Positions 1 through 8,864 of a DNA stretch of 27,991 nucleotides are shown piece after piece. The notes below the pieces were generated by a model. The model searched no databases. It saw nothing but the letters and a program-made list of their open reading frames with translations, and was not told the origin of the DNA. Position 1 is the first letter of the stretch. Every line of letters begins with the position of its first letter. A program made the position numbers and the translations under genes. This DNA comes from Candidatus Nanopelagicales bacterium (GTDB lineage: Bacteria; Actinomycetota; Actinomycetes; S36-B12): the NCBI GenBank assembly GCA_938091275.1, contig CALKMY010000058.1:1-27991 (forward strand), written 5' to 3'.

Positions 1-1242
1 CTGTTGGTGGCGACCACACGCCCCCTGGAGGCACCCGACGATCTCCTGTCCCGACTTCCCGCCGGAGACAACGTCTGCTGGGTTCGTCGAGGGGAAGGCC
101 TTGTCGGTTGGGGCAGCGCTGCGCGCCTGCAGGTTCGCGGAGTAGAGCGCTTCGCCCGGACCCAGCGCTGGTGGACCGAGCTGTGCGACACGATGGCGAT
201 CGATGACTCCGTCAGCCTTCCCGGCACCGGACCGCTGGCCTTCGCATCGTTCTCTTTCGATCCCCACGACCCATCGGAAGTGGTCGTTCCTTCGACGCTC
301 ATCGGCCAGCGGGGAGATCAAGCCTGGGTGACGACTATCCACGCCCCTGGGGTCGAGCCGGAGACCGTGGAATCTGCACGCATCGACTCCACCGCCGGCC
401 GGAGCCACGCCTCCGTGAACTGGCGTGAAGGCTCCCTGACCGCACCGGAGTGGGAGAAATCCGTGGGGCGCGCTGTCGAGCGCATCAACGCTGGAGAACT
501 GGACAAGGTTGTTCTCGCCCGCGATGTCGTCGCCGACATCGACAGCGAACTCGACGTGCGCATCATTCTGGACCACCTCGCCCGTGACTACCCGACGTGC
601 TGGACGTTCAACGTCGCGAACCTCGTCGGTGCGACGCCAGAACTTCTGGTTCGCCGCACCGGCGACCTCGTCACCAGTCGCGTCCTTGCCGGGACGGTGC
701 GCCGCCGAGGAGACACCGAAGAGGACCACAGCCTGGCCCAAGCTCTGCTCGCCAGCGACAAGGACCTCGCCGAGCACTCCTATGCCGTGCGCTCTGTAGC
801 CAAGGCCCTGGCAACGCACTGCACCGACATGGACGTCCCCGAAAATCCCACGGTGCTCGAACTCGCAAACGTTCAGCACTTAGCCACCGACGTCACCGGT
901 CGGCTGGCAGACGATGCGTCGCTGCTCTCCTTGGCAGCCTCGCTGCACCCCACCGCGGCCGTCTGCGGCACACCCACCGAGCGCGCGCTCACCGTCATCA
1001 GCGAACTCGAAGGGATGTCGAGGGACAGGTACGCCGGACCCGTAGGCTGGTTCGACACCCGCGGAGATGGTGAGTTCGGTATCGCGCTGCGCTGCGGACT
1101 CGTGGACTCCAAGGCCAACACGATCCGAGCATTCGCCGGATGCGGAATCGTCGCCGGATCAGACCCCGAACACGAACTCGCCGAATCGCGGGCCAAATTC
1201 ATTCCGATGCGAAGCGCTCTCGAAGCGCGCTCATCGACCTAG
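1..1242 (+). CDS. menF: Isochorismate synthase (probably 5'-truncated by the window edge)
   Basis: Chorismate-binding motifs KVVLAR, GATPELL, LAGT, EH-Y-V, QHL, LHPTAAVCG, YAGPVGW, AGCGIV-GS, E-KF. The frame is open from base 1 (CTG TTG GTG), so the true start may lie upstream. Stop TAG 1240-1242. Adjacent to the men cluster. Confidence 0.9.
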   Translation: MLVATTRPLEAPDDLLSRLPAGDNVCWVRRGEGLVGWGSAARLQVRGVERFARTQRWWTELCDTMAIDDSVSLPGTGPLAFASFSFDPHDPSEVVVPSTLIGQRGDQAWVTTIHAPGVEPETVESARIDSTAGRSHASVNWREGSLTAPEWEKSVGRAVERINAGELDKVVLARDVVADIDSELDVRIILDHLARDYPTCWTFNVANLVGATPELLVRRTGDLVTSRVLAGTVRRRGDTEEDHSLAQALLASDKDLAEHSYAVRSVAKALATHCTDMDVPENPTVLELANVQHLATDVTGRLADDASLLSLAASLHPTAAVCGTPTERALTVISELEGMSRDRYAGPVGWFDTRGDGEFGIALRCGLVDSKANTIRAFAGCGIVAGSDPEHELAESRAKFIPMRSALEARSST

Positions 1243-1253
1243 GCGGCGACGAA

Positions 1254-2993
1254 CTAGACGTCGATCGCCTGGCGAACCGCGTCGCGCACGCTCGTGAGCA
1301 ACTCCGCCTCGACACCGCGATCGCACGTGCGCACAACAATCACATGCACGCCGTCGGAGAGTCGAGCGGCAACGGCCGTCGCGAGTTCGTCGGCATCGTT
1401 CACTTCACACACTGACGCACCGAAGCTCGTCGCCAGAGACGCGATCTGCACCCCCATCGGAACTCCGAATACTCGTTCGAAATACCGCGAGTAAGCGGGC
1501 TCGCCCTGCTCCAGAGTGGAGAAGATCCCTGCTCCGTTATTGTCCGCAACTACGATGACTAGATCGGGACGCTGCTCGTTGGCCGGGACGGCGAGGGCGT
1601 TGGAGTCGTACCAAAAGGTTTCATCGCCGATCAGTGCCACGCTCGGTCCACCCCCGAGTGACTGAAAGCCCAGCGCGGCACCCCAGGCGGTGGAGACACA
1701 CCCGTCGATGCCCGACGTTCCTCGGTTGCCGAGAACTTCGACCTCTGTCAGGGAGCGACCGGCGAAACTCCCCACGTGACGGACCACTGAAGAAGACCCG
1801 AGGAAGAACTGCGAGCCCTCGCCCAGACAGGCGGCCACCGTGCGCGCAACTTCCATGCCGGACATCGACGAATGGCGCGACCCCAACACTGTTTCCACCG
1901 CTGCCGCCGCCATCAGGTCTGCGCGCTCCCACGCTGCCCACCATTGCGGATCGGTATCCGCCTCCGATGGCGGCAGCGGGACCGCCGCAAGGACGAGATC
2001 CGCGGTGCGGGTGGGGTCGCTCCACGACGATCGAGAGTCGACAGCGACATGCATGCCGGCTTGTGCGATCACGCTCGCGACCGATCGGTAGAGCCCCACA
2101 CGCCCCACCGTCACGACGATGTCGGGAACATGACGCTGAACGAACATCGGGTCGTCGCACACCAACGGTCCGTGCGCGAGACTGAGATTGGCGCCATTGG
2201 ATCGACCCGATGGTTCGGAGACGACCGGCCATCCCAACGCGTCCGACAACTCGTCGACTAAATCCACGGCGTCGTCGTCATCGTGGTCGCCCACCACGAT
2301 CAAACCTCGAGCAGGAACAACGGCCGTTTCATCCAAAAGGGCTAAGACTTCGTCGACTTGGATGCTCATCCCGGCGACGAGGCGAGCATCCGCAGTCCAT
2401 GGCCGCCCACCCGGCCGACCAGCCAACTCCGGCGGCAGTTCTTTCGTGACGCTCTCATCCACCAGCGGCTCATCGAACGCTGCGTTGATGTGCACCGGAC
2501 CGGGGTCGATGGAATCTGTCGCGACCGCCACGCAGCGGGCGACGGTGGAGCGCCAGTACTGCGGTCGGAGATCTCGAGCTGCTTCCATATCGACGGCGAG
2601 CCTGGTGAACGAGCCGAAAATCCCACTCTGTGTGATGACCTGATTGGCGCCGACGTTCCGAAGTCGATCGGGGCGATCTGCTGTGAGCACCACGAGCGGA
2701 ATTCGCGACTCGTGCGCCTCCACCACAGCGGGAAGAAGATTCGCCACCGAGGATCCAGATGTCGTCACAACCGCAGCCGGAACACCCGTCGTCTTCCCGA
2801 GACCGAGTGCCACAAATCCGGCGACCCGCTCGTCGACGCGAACGTGAAGACGGATGTCTCCCCGGTCTTCCGCGGACGCGAGGGCGAGCGCAAGGGGGGC
2901 TGATCGGGATCCCACGCCCATCACGACGTCTGTCACCCCGCAGACGATGAGCTCATCCACCATCACCAATGCCTGGGCGACCGAGGGTGCCAT
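1254..2993 (-). CDS. menD: SEPHCHC synthase (2-succinyl-5-enolpyruvyl-6-hydroxy-3-cyclohexene-1-carboxylate synthase)
   Basis: Motifs GSRSAPL, DERVAGF-ALG, TTSGS-VANL-PA, LTADRP, GANQ, GPVHIN, NRGTSGIDG, ThDP-binding GD...NN (IGD-TF-YDSN...DNNG). Start placed at ATG 2993, which has GGAG upstream. GTG 3005 is the alternative. Confidence 0.95.
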   Translation of the reverse strand: MAPSVAQALVMVDELIVCGVTDVVMGVGSRSAPLALALASAEDRGDIRLHVRVDERVAGFVALGLGKTTGVPAAVVTTSGSSVANLLPAVVEAHESRIPLVVLTADRPDRLRNVGANQVITQSGIFGSFTRLAVDMEAARDLRPQYWRSTVARCVAVATDSIDPGPVHINAAFDEPLVDESVTKELPPELAGRPGGRPWTADARLVAGMSIQVDEVLALLDETAVVPARGLIVVGDHDDDDAVDLVDELSDALGWPVVSEPSGRSNGANLSLAHGPLVCDDPMFVQRHVPDIVVTVGRVGLYRSVASVIAQAGMHVAVDSRSSWSDPTRTADLVLAAVPLPPSEADTDPQWWAAWERADLMAAAAVETVLGSRHSSMSGMEVARTVAACLGEGSQFFLGSSSVVRHVGSFAGRSLTEVEVLGNRGTSGIDGCVSTAWGAALGFQSLGGGPSVALIGDETFWYDSNALAVPANEQRPDLVIVVADNNGAGIFSTLEQGEPAYSRYFERVFGVPMGVQIASLATSFGASVCEVNDADELATAVAARLSDGVHVIVVRTCDRGVEAELLTSVRDAVRQAIDV

Positions 2994-3009
2994 CGCAGAA
3001 TCCACTCCC

Positions 3010-4068
3010 CTAGCCTTCCATCTGCTGGTGTGGTGTTACATCGCCCGGCGCCTGGTCAACCAGGTATCGATAAGCGTCGACCAATCGGCGCTGCCACCAC
3101 CGCCGACGACTGTCCGGCACTGCCTGATTCGCTCGCATGAGGAGATCCACGTCGGGGGCGACCCGTTCAACGCGGATGCCACCGGCGGTCGGCACGAGCC
3201 CGGGTTTCACCAGATCTCGCTCAAAAAGTGTGCCGGTTCCCAGTCCGCTCGCCAGGGGAAGCTCGGGCAGACTCGCAGCGGTGGCCACGCAACTCGCCAG
3301 CCCGATCGACGAGTCCAACGAGCCACCGATGACGACAGGTACACCGATAGCCTCCGCGACTCGGCCGGTGGCCATGGCGCCACCGAGAGTCATCGGCTTG
3401 CAGATCGCGTAATCGGCGATGCCCTGCAGGCGAACGGTTGTTGGATCATCCGCGAGCCGGATGCCCTCATCGACAGCGACCGGGATATCGATCTCCGCGC
3501 GCAACCGAGCGACGTCTTCCAGATCACGACAGGGTTGTTCCACGTACTCGATTCCATATCGCCCCAACCGCCGAAGAGACGTCCGCGCCTGGTCCAGGCT
3601 CCACATGCCGTTCACGTCCAGACGAATGCGGCCGTCGACCCCCGTGGAGTCGAGGGCGTCGCGGACGGCAACAACGCGCGCTTCATCGTCTGTGAGGGAT
3701 GTTCCGATCTTCACCTTGATGGTTCGACACCCGTTTTCCACGATCGCGGCGCGCGCCAACGCGCCCGCGGCAGGCGACTCGACCGCGGGGATGATCGCAT
3801 TGACATCCACCGACGATCGATGCGCTGCGGGGAATACACCCCACGACGCTTCCAGCGCAGCCGCCAACCAACGCGCGCTGCGAGCGATGTCGTAATCGTC
3901 GAACGGCGCGAACTCACCCCAACCCGACGGGCCCTTGATGAGCACGCCCTCGCGGGACGTCAGCCCACGAAACGGAACCCGCAACGGTAGGGAGAAGGAC
4001 ACCGAGTCGGAGACCAACTCTTCTAGAGACGACGGGCCGAGGGTCTGCACAGTCGTCGTCGCATTCAC
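3010..4068 (-). CDS. menC: o-succinylbenzoate synthase (actinobacterial type, enolase superfamily)
   Basis: [12 protein letters not shown]...GWGEFAPF N-terminus, KxK (IKVKIG), DVNG, EQP, DEG, KPMTLGG. The GTG start overlaps the menB stop (GTGA). Confidence 0.93.
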   Translation of the reverse strand: MNATTTVQTLGPSSLEELVSDSVSFSLPLRVPFRGLTSREGVLIKGPSGWGEFAPFDDYDIARSARWLAAALEASWGVFPAAHRSSVDVNAIIPAVESPAAGALARAAIVENGCRTIKVKIGTSLTDDEARVVAVRDALDSTGVDGRIRLDVNGMWSLDQARTSLRRLGRYGIEYVEQPCRDLEDVARLRAEIDIPVAVDEGIRLADDPTTVRLQGIADYAICKPMTLGGAMATGRVAEAIGVPVVIGGSLDSSIGLASCVATAASLPELPLASGLGTGTLFERDLVKPGLVPTAGGIRVERVAPDVDLLMRANQAVPDSRRRWWQRRLVDAYRYLVDQAPGDVTPHQQMEG

Positions 4069-4997
4069 GGACGGCGCGGAAACTGATCGAAGTCCGGACG
4101 CCGCTTATCTTTGTACGCGTCTCGTCCTTCTTGCGCTTCTTCGGTCATGTAGAACAACAGCGTCGCATCGCCGGCGAGTTGTTGGACGCCGGCAAGACCG
4201 TCGTCGACGGCGTTGTGCGAGGCCTTCAACATGCGCAGCGCGAGAGGGGACATCGCGAGCATGTCGCTCGCCCAGCGAACCGTCTCGATCTCCAAGTCTT
4301 CGATCGGAACAACCGCATTCACCAAGCCCCAGTCGAAGGCTTGCTCAGCTCCGTATTGGCGGCACGTGTACCACACCTCGCGCGACCTCTTCTGTCCAAT
4401 CGTGCGCGCGAGCAACCCGGAACCGTAACCGCCGTCGAAGGACCCCACTTTCGGTCCGGTCTGACCGAACCGGGCATTGTCCGCAGCGATGCTGAGGTCG
4501 CTGACGACATGCAGAACATGACCGCCGCCGATCGCGTAACCGGCCACCATGGCGATCACAGGCTTCGGGGTGCGACGTATTTGAATTTGCAGGTCGAGCA
4601 CATTAAGCCGACCTATCCCCTTCTCCGCGACGTCGTCATCACCGATGTAACCATCGTCGCCACGGATGATCTGGTCACCACCAGAACAGAAGGCAAGATC
4701 TCCCTGACCCGTCAACACGATCACACCGACCCGATCATCGTCCCGTGCACGATTCATCGCATCGGACAGCTCGAACAATGTCTGGGGTCGAAATGCATTC
4801 CGCTTGTGGGGTCGGTCGATGGTGATCTTCGCGATCCCTGCACTGTCGCCGGAGGAGACTTCGTAGCGAATGTCCGTATACGAGCCCACCGACTTCCACG
4901 ATGCTCCCGGTCGTACGGAGCTGTGGGCGGGGTCGTTCCACACCGGAGAATCCTCGGGAGCGACCGGGGGAAGTAGGTAGCGCGTGCGGGTATCCAT
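4065..4997 (-). CDS. menB: 1,4-dihydroxy-2-naphthoyl-CoA synthase
   Basis: [46 protein letters not shown] motifs. Start moved to ATG 4997, with TAGCGT 7 nt upstream and GGAG just before it. Confidence 0.97.
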   Translation of the reverse strand: MDTRTRYLLPPVAPEDSPVWNDPAHSSVRPGASWKSVGSYTDIRYEVSSGDSAGIAKITIDRPHKRNAFRPQTLFELSDAMNRARDDDRVGVIVLTGQGDLAFCSGGDQIIRGDDGYIGDDDVAEKGIGRLNVLDLQIQIRRTPKPVIAMVAGYAIGGGHVLHVVSDLSIAADNARFGQTGPKVGSFDGGYGSGLLARTIGQKRSREVWYTCRQYGAEQAFDWGLVNAVVPIEDLEIETVRWASDMLAMSPLALRMLKASHNAVDDGLAGVQQLAGDATLLFYMTEEAQEGRDAYKDKRRPDFDQFPRRP

Positions 4998-5004
4998 GCT
5001 CTCC

Positions 5005-5010
5005 ACGCTA
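5005..5010 (-). promoter_or_regulatory. Putative -10 element (TAGCGT) for a leaderless menB-menC-menD transcript
   Basis: TANNNT hexamer exactly 7 nt upstream of ATG 4997. Confidence 0.55.
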
Positions 5011-5021
5011 CCGGCAGCACC

Positions 5022-5027
5022 TACGCT
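5022..5027 (+). promoter_or_regulatory. Putative -10 element (TACGCT) for a leaderless menE-menA transcript
   Basis: TANNNT hexamer exactly 7 nt upstream of ATG 5035, which has no Shine-Dalgarno. Confidence 0.55.
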
Positions 5028-5034
5028 CGGCACG

Positions 5035-6267
5035 ATGTCGATTCCCGATCGCTCCCGGCCCCTCAAACTCGTCGAGGTGCCGCCCGGTCCTGCGGCGATC
5101 GAGGCACTGTGGGGTCCGCTCGATGCCGCTCTGGCTCACGATGCACCGATCGCCCCCATCCCGCGCGAGTCCGCATCACTGCCCGCGCCCCTCGTTCGCG
5201 CCCTCCGCGATGCCGTTCGTCCCGAAGAACCGGTACCCCACGACACGGCGGTCGTCATCAGCACCTCCGGGTCAACCGGCCACCCCCGGGGCGTCATGCT
5301 CGGCGCGCACGCACTCACCGCCGCCACCGCCCAGGTGCACTCACGCGTGGAAGGCGAGCCGATCTGGGTTCTCGCACTGCCACCCACGTCCATCGGCGGC
5401 CTGAACGTGATGATTCGAGCCCACAACACCGGAATCCGCCCGATCGCCGTGCGAAGTATCGGTGGCGCCGAACCCTTCACCGACCATGCATTCGCCACGG
5501 CCGTGCGTGAGGCAACAGCTACGGGGCGTCCCATTGCGGTCTCGTTGGTTCCGTCGCAAGTGACGCGACTGCTCGCCAGCGCTGCGGGGCAGGAGTCTTT
5601 GCGCCAGTGCTCCCTCACGCTGGTCGGGGGCGGGCCCGTCGATCCACAACTGCCGAGTCATTGCCAGGATGCGGGAATCACCCTGACGACGACGTACGGG
5701 ATGACCGAAACCAGCGGCGGCTGCGTCTTCGATGGTCGCCCCCTCGACGGTGTCGAAGTGCGCATTGACGACGCCGATAGCCGCGTCTGCGTCTCGGGAC
5801 CGATGTTGGCGCAGGGGTATCGAGACGGCGACAACCGCGCATTCGATGGCCACTGGCTTCGAACGAACGACCGCGGCACATGGAAAGACGGGCTTGTGAG
5901 TATCGACGGTCGGCTCGACGACATTGTGAGCCTTCACGGCGTCAATGTGGATCTGGCGGCAGTCCAGGAAAGAGTCGATCAGCATCCGCGGATCGAAGCG
6001 TCGCTAATCGTTCCGACATTCGGCCAATCAAGCGATGCGGACACAACAGATGAGCCCCGTATCGCGATGATCTACGTCGGAGGGCCCGTCGACCACGAGG
6101 AGCTTCGAGCCTGGATCTCACCGACTCTCGGAGCTATCGCCTGCCCCACTGTCATCCGCCGGGTGGACACCTTGACGCGAACGTTGACCGGCAAGGTCGA
6201 TCGACAAGCCACCGCGGCATCCGCCGGCCTGGGGATCGGGACATCGCGGAAAGAAGGCGCCGCGTGA
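5035..6267 (+). CDS. menE: o-succinylbenzoate-CoA ligase (short actinobacterial form)
   Basis: ANL/AMP-binding motifs [30 protein letters not shown]. Located in the men cluster. Start placed at ATG 5035, since the ORF-track start overlaps menB. Confidence 0.88.
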   Translation: MSIPDRSRPLKLVEVPPGPAAIEALWGPLDAALAHDAPIAPIPRESASLPAPLVRALRDAVRPEEPVPHDTAVVISTSGSTGHPRGVMLGAHALTAATAQVHSRVEGEPIWVLALPPTSIGGLNVMIRAHNTGIRPIAVRSIGGAEPFTDHAFATAVREATATGRPIAVSLVPSQVTRLLASAAGQESLRQCSLTLVGGGPVDPQLPSHCQDAGITLTTTYGMTETSGGCVFDGRPLDGVEVRIDDADSRVCVSGPMLAQGYRDGDNRAFDGHWLRTNDRGTWKDGLVSIDGRLDDIVSLHGVNVDLAAVQERVDQHPRIEASLIVPTFGQSSDADTTDEPRIAMIYVGGPVDHEELRAWISPTLGAIACPTVIRRVDTLTRTLTGKVDRQATAASAGLGIGTSRKEGAA

Positions 6268-7151
6268 CAACGTCTGCGCAATGGTGGGCGGGGGCGCGGC
6301 CTCGCACCCTCCCGGCCGCTGTCGCCCCCGTCGTCATCGGTACGGCTCTCGCCGGGGCCGACTGGATTCCCGCTCGCGCATTTCTCGCCTTGATCGTGGC
6401 GCTCGCACTGCAAATCGGCGTGAACTACGCGAATGATTACAGCGACGGCATCCGCGGGACGGACGCCGATCGCGTGGGCCCTCTTCGGTTGGTTGGTCAG
6501 GGAATTGCCGCACCCCGCGCCGTCCGAAACGCGGCCTTCGCAAGTTTCCTCATCGCCGCGCTTGCCGGACTTCTGCTCATCGCCCTTTCAGGATTCTGGT
6601 GGCTCCTCATCGTCGGCGCGGCGTCGATCGGCGCGGCCTGGTTCTACACCGGGGGAACACGACCCTACGGATACGCCGGTTGGGGTGAGGTCTTCGTCCT
6701 CGTCTTCTTCGGCCTGGTTCCGGTCCTGGGAACGCTCTATGTCCAAACGGGAACAGTGACCGCAGCAGCGATCGCGGCCAGCGTGGGCATCGGCGCGCTC
6801 ACATCCGCTATTCTCGTCACCAACAATCTCCGGGACATCCCCACCGATCGATCTTCCGGGAAGTTGACGCTCGCGGTTCGGCTCGGGGAAACGAAAACCA
6901 GACGCCTGTACGTCGCACTCATCGTGATCGCCTTCATCGCGGTCGTCATGGTGGCGCTGGTGAACTCCGGCGATGCGCTATGGCCACTACTGGGGCTGGC
7001 CGCACTCCCCTGGGCTGTCCCCCCGCTACGTGTGGTCACCTCGGGAGCCGTCGGACCCGGGCTCGTCGCCGCTCTCATCGGTACCGGCCGACTCGTCATC
7101 GCCTACTCTGTCGCGCTCTCCACCGGATTGGTCCTGCCCCTGTTCATCTGA
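6264..7151 (+). CDS. menA: 1,4-dihydroxy-2-naphthoate polyprenyltransferase
   Basis: ARPRTLPAA, NYANDYSDG..GTD and NNLRDIPTD UbiA-family motifs, multiple TM helices. GTGA overlap with menE. Confidence 0.95.
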   Translation: MTTSAQWWAGARPRTLPAAVAPVVIGTALAGADWIPARAFLALIVALALQIGVNYANDYSDGIRGTDADRVGPLRLVGQGIAAPRAVRNAAFASFLIAALAGLLLIALSGFWWLLIVGAASIGAAWFYTGGTRPYGYAGWGEVFVLVFFGLVPVLGTLYVQTGTVTAAAIAASVGIGALTSAILVTNNLRDIPTDRSSGKLTLAVRLGETKTRRLYVALIVIAFIAVVMVALVNSGDALWPLLGLAALPWAVPPLRVVTSGAVGPGLVAALIGTGRLVIAYSVALSTGLVLPLFI

Positions 7152-7454
7152 GTCATCCTCGGCTCGTGACGCGGCATCTATGCGGGCGTTTATCCCCCCA
7201 AAGAATCGACCCACCACCTCACCCATCGCCGAGCGCTGTCGATTCAAAGCGAAAGCACTGATGACTCCGGACAAGACGATGGCCACGACCAACGCCCACA
7301 ACCCCTGAAGCGGGGTGATGATCTGCAACACCAGCCATACGCCGAGAAATAAGCCGATTCGCAGCGCGGTGAAGACGATCACAGTGACGATGCCCGAGCG
7401 GTGGGGCCCGTCTCGCTGGTTATCCCACTCATTATCCGACTGGCGGTCGCTCAC
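7026..7454 (-). CDS. DUF4229-like small membrane protein
   Basis: Two TM helices, 'FTALRIGLF...IVLSGVIS-F-LNRQR' pattern, usual position next to menA. TACGGT lies 6 nt upstream of GTG 7454. The last 126 bp overlap menA antisense. Confidence 0.75.
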   Translation of the reverse strand: MSDRQSDNEWDNQRDGPHRSGIVTVIVFTALRIGLFLGVWLVLQIITPLQGLWALVVAIVLSGVISAFALNRQRSAMGEVVGRFFGGINARIDAASRAEDDSDEQGQDQSGGERDRVGDDESAGTDESGDEPGSDGSRGDHT

Positions 7455-7460
7455 GCTTCC

Positions 7461-7466
7461 ACCGTA
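7461..7466 (-). promoter_or_regulatory. Putative -10 element (TACGGT), leaderless DUF4229 gene
   Basis: TANNNT + 6 nt + GTG 7454. Confidence 0.5.
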
Positions 7467-7562
7467 CTCACCCTCAAGTTATCCAAGGGTCGCGTCGTCG
7501 GTGCGACGATCGGTGGTGGTCGAAGAGAGATCGCGACCCATCACGGTTACCATTATTGGATC

Positions 7563-7868
7563 ATGCTTCGAGTCATCCTCGTCCTGCTCGCCGTGGCGCT
7601 CTACGTCTACTTCATCATAGATGTGGCACGCACGCCGAAGGGCCAAGCACGCTCACTTCCGAAATGGCTATGGATGCTCCTGGTCATCGTTTTGCCGCTC
7701 GTCGGCGGGGTGCTGTGGTTGATACTCGGTCGTGCCTGGCCCGAGGGAGGGGGCTGGTGGCGACGAAGCGGCCCTGTGGCGCCCGATGATGATCCGCGCT
7801 TCCTTCGCAAGCTGGACGATGACGTGTGGAGCAAGAAGATGAAGCGCCGCCGGGGCGAGCCGACCTAA
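7563..7868 (+). CDS. PLDc_N (cardiolipin synthase N-terminal-like) domain membrane protein
   Basis: Two TM segments, 'LPKWLW..LVIVLPLVG..LWL..GR' and 'APDDDP-FL' motif typical of actinobacterial PLDc_N proteins. Start moved to ATG 7563. Confidence 0.8.
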   Translation: MLRVILVLLAVALYVYFIIDVARTPKGQARSLPKWLWMLLVIVLPLVGGVLWLILGRAWPEGGGWWRRSGPVAPDDDPRFLRKLDDDVWSKKMKRRRGEPT

Positions 7869-7901
7869 ACGCGCGCGGCACTGTGTCGACGAACCGAATG
7901 C

Positions 7902-8864
7902 TTACAAGCCGCCGTAAGAATGCAGGCTGTTGACGAAAATGTTGACGCCGAAGTAGTTGATCAAGAAGGTCACGAGCCCGAGGATTGCGATCCACGAAGC
8001 CCGATTCCCTCGCCACCCGGCGGTTGATCGGGCGTGCAGGTACGCGGCGTAGACCACCCACGTGATGAAGGCCCAGGTTTCCTTCGGGTCCCAGCCCCAG
8101 TAGCGCCCCCATGCATTCTCCGCCCAGATGGCACCGGCGATCACGGCGAAGGTCCACAGGGGAAAAGCGAAAGCGATGATGCGACTGGTGAAGGTCTGCA
8201 GCTTCTCCGTGGATGGCGTCGATGCCATCACCCCCTGCCAGGTCAGGCCCCGCTGCTCTCGCCTGGACTGCACCAGCGACAGGGCCGCCGCCGATGCAGC
8301 AACGGTGAAGGCCCCCGCACAGATGATTGCCGCCGAGACGTGGATGACCAACCAGTAGGACTTCAGTGCAGGTACCAGTTGCGCCGCTTCGGTGTACAGC
8401 ACCGTCACGGCGAGACCGAGCGTGAGCAACGCCGGCGTCACGACGAACAAGCCCAGCCACCGGAGGTCCCGGCGAGTCGATAGCACGAGGAAGACCACGA
8501 GTACGCCCCATGCTGAGCTGATCGAGAACTCGTACATATTTCCCCACGGCACCCGACCAGCCCATAGCCCGCGCAGGACCAGACCGACCGTCAGCAACCC
8601 GGTAGCCAGCCACGTGAGCGACATGGCAACGTTCGCCAACCGTCGGCCCGGTTCGGCGGCGACCGCGGTATCTACTCGGTCGATGACGGCAACGCTGCCC
8701 TCTGCTGTCTCCCGACTGGCGACGCTCGACGACGATGTGGTCCGGCGCCGACCGCTGGCGAAGGACGCAGCGAACAGGACCATCGCGACGGTCAGGGTGA
8801 CCATGGTCGCGTAAATGGCGGCGTTGCTGGCCTCGGCCAAGCTCATGGAACCACCGTCGGTCAT
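7902..8864 (-). CDS. ccsA: Cytochrome c biogenesis heme-handling membrane protein (CcsA/ResC family; often annotated CcsB in actinobacteria)
   Basis: WWD motif WAENAWGRYWGWDPKETW, PWGNMYEF, WLVIHV, LHSY. ATGA overlap with the resB stop. ATG 8846 is an alternative start. Confidence 0.95.
   Translation of the reverse strand: MTDGGSMSLAEASNAAIYATMVTLTVAMVLFAASFASGRRRTTSSSSVASRETAEGSVAVIDRVDTAVAAEPGRRLANVAMSLTWLATGLLTVGLVLRGLWAGRVPWGNMYEFSISSAWGVLVVFLVLSTRRDLRWLGLFVVTPALLTLGLAVTVLYTEAAQLVPALKSYWLVIHVSAAIICAGAFTVAASAAALSLVQSRREQRGLTWQGVMASTPSTEKLQTFTSRIIAFAFPLWTFAVIAGAIWAENAWGRYWGWDPKETWAFITWVVYAAYLHARSTAGWRGNRASWIAILGLVTFLINYFGVNIFVNSLHSYGGL

Noticed and set aside
2854-3990. 378-aa + strand ORF
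   Set aside because: Antisense shadow of menC/menD with no recognisable motifs. Long shadow ORFs are expected in GC-rich DNA.
4131-4976. 281-aa + strand ORF
   Set aside because: Exact antisense of menB, without independent coding signals.
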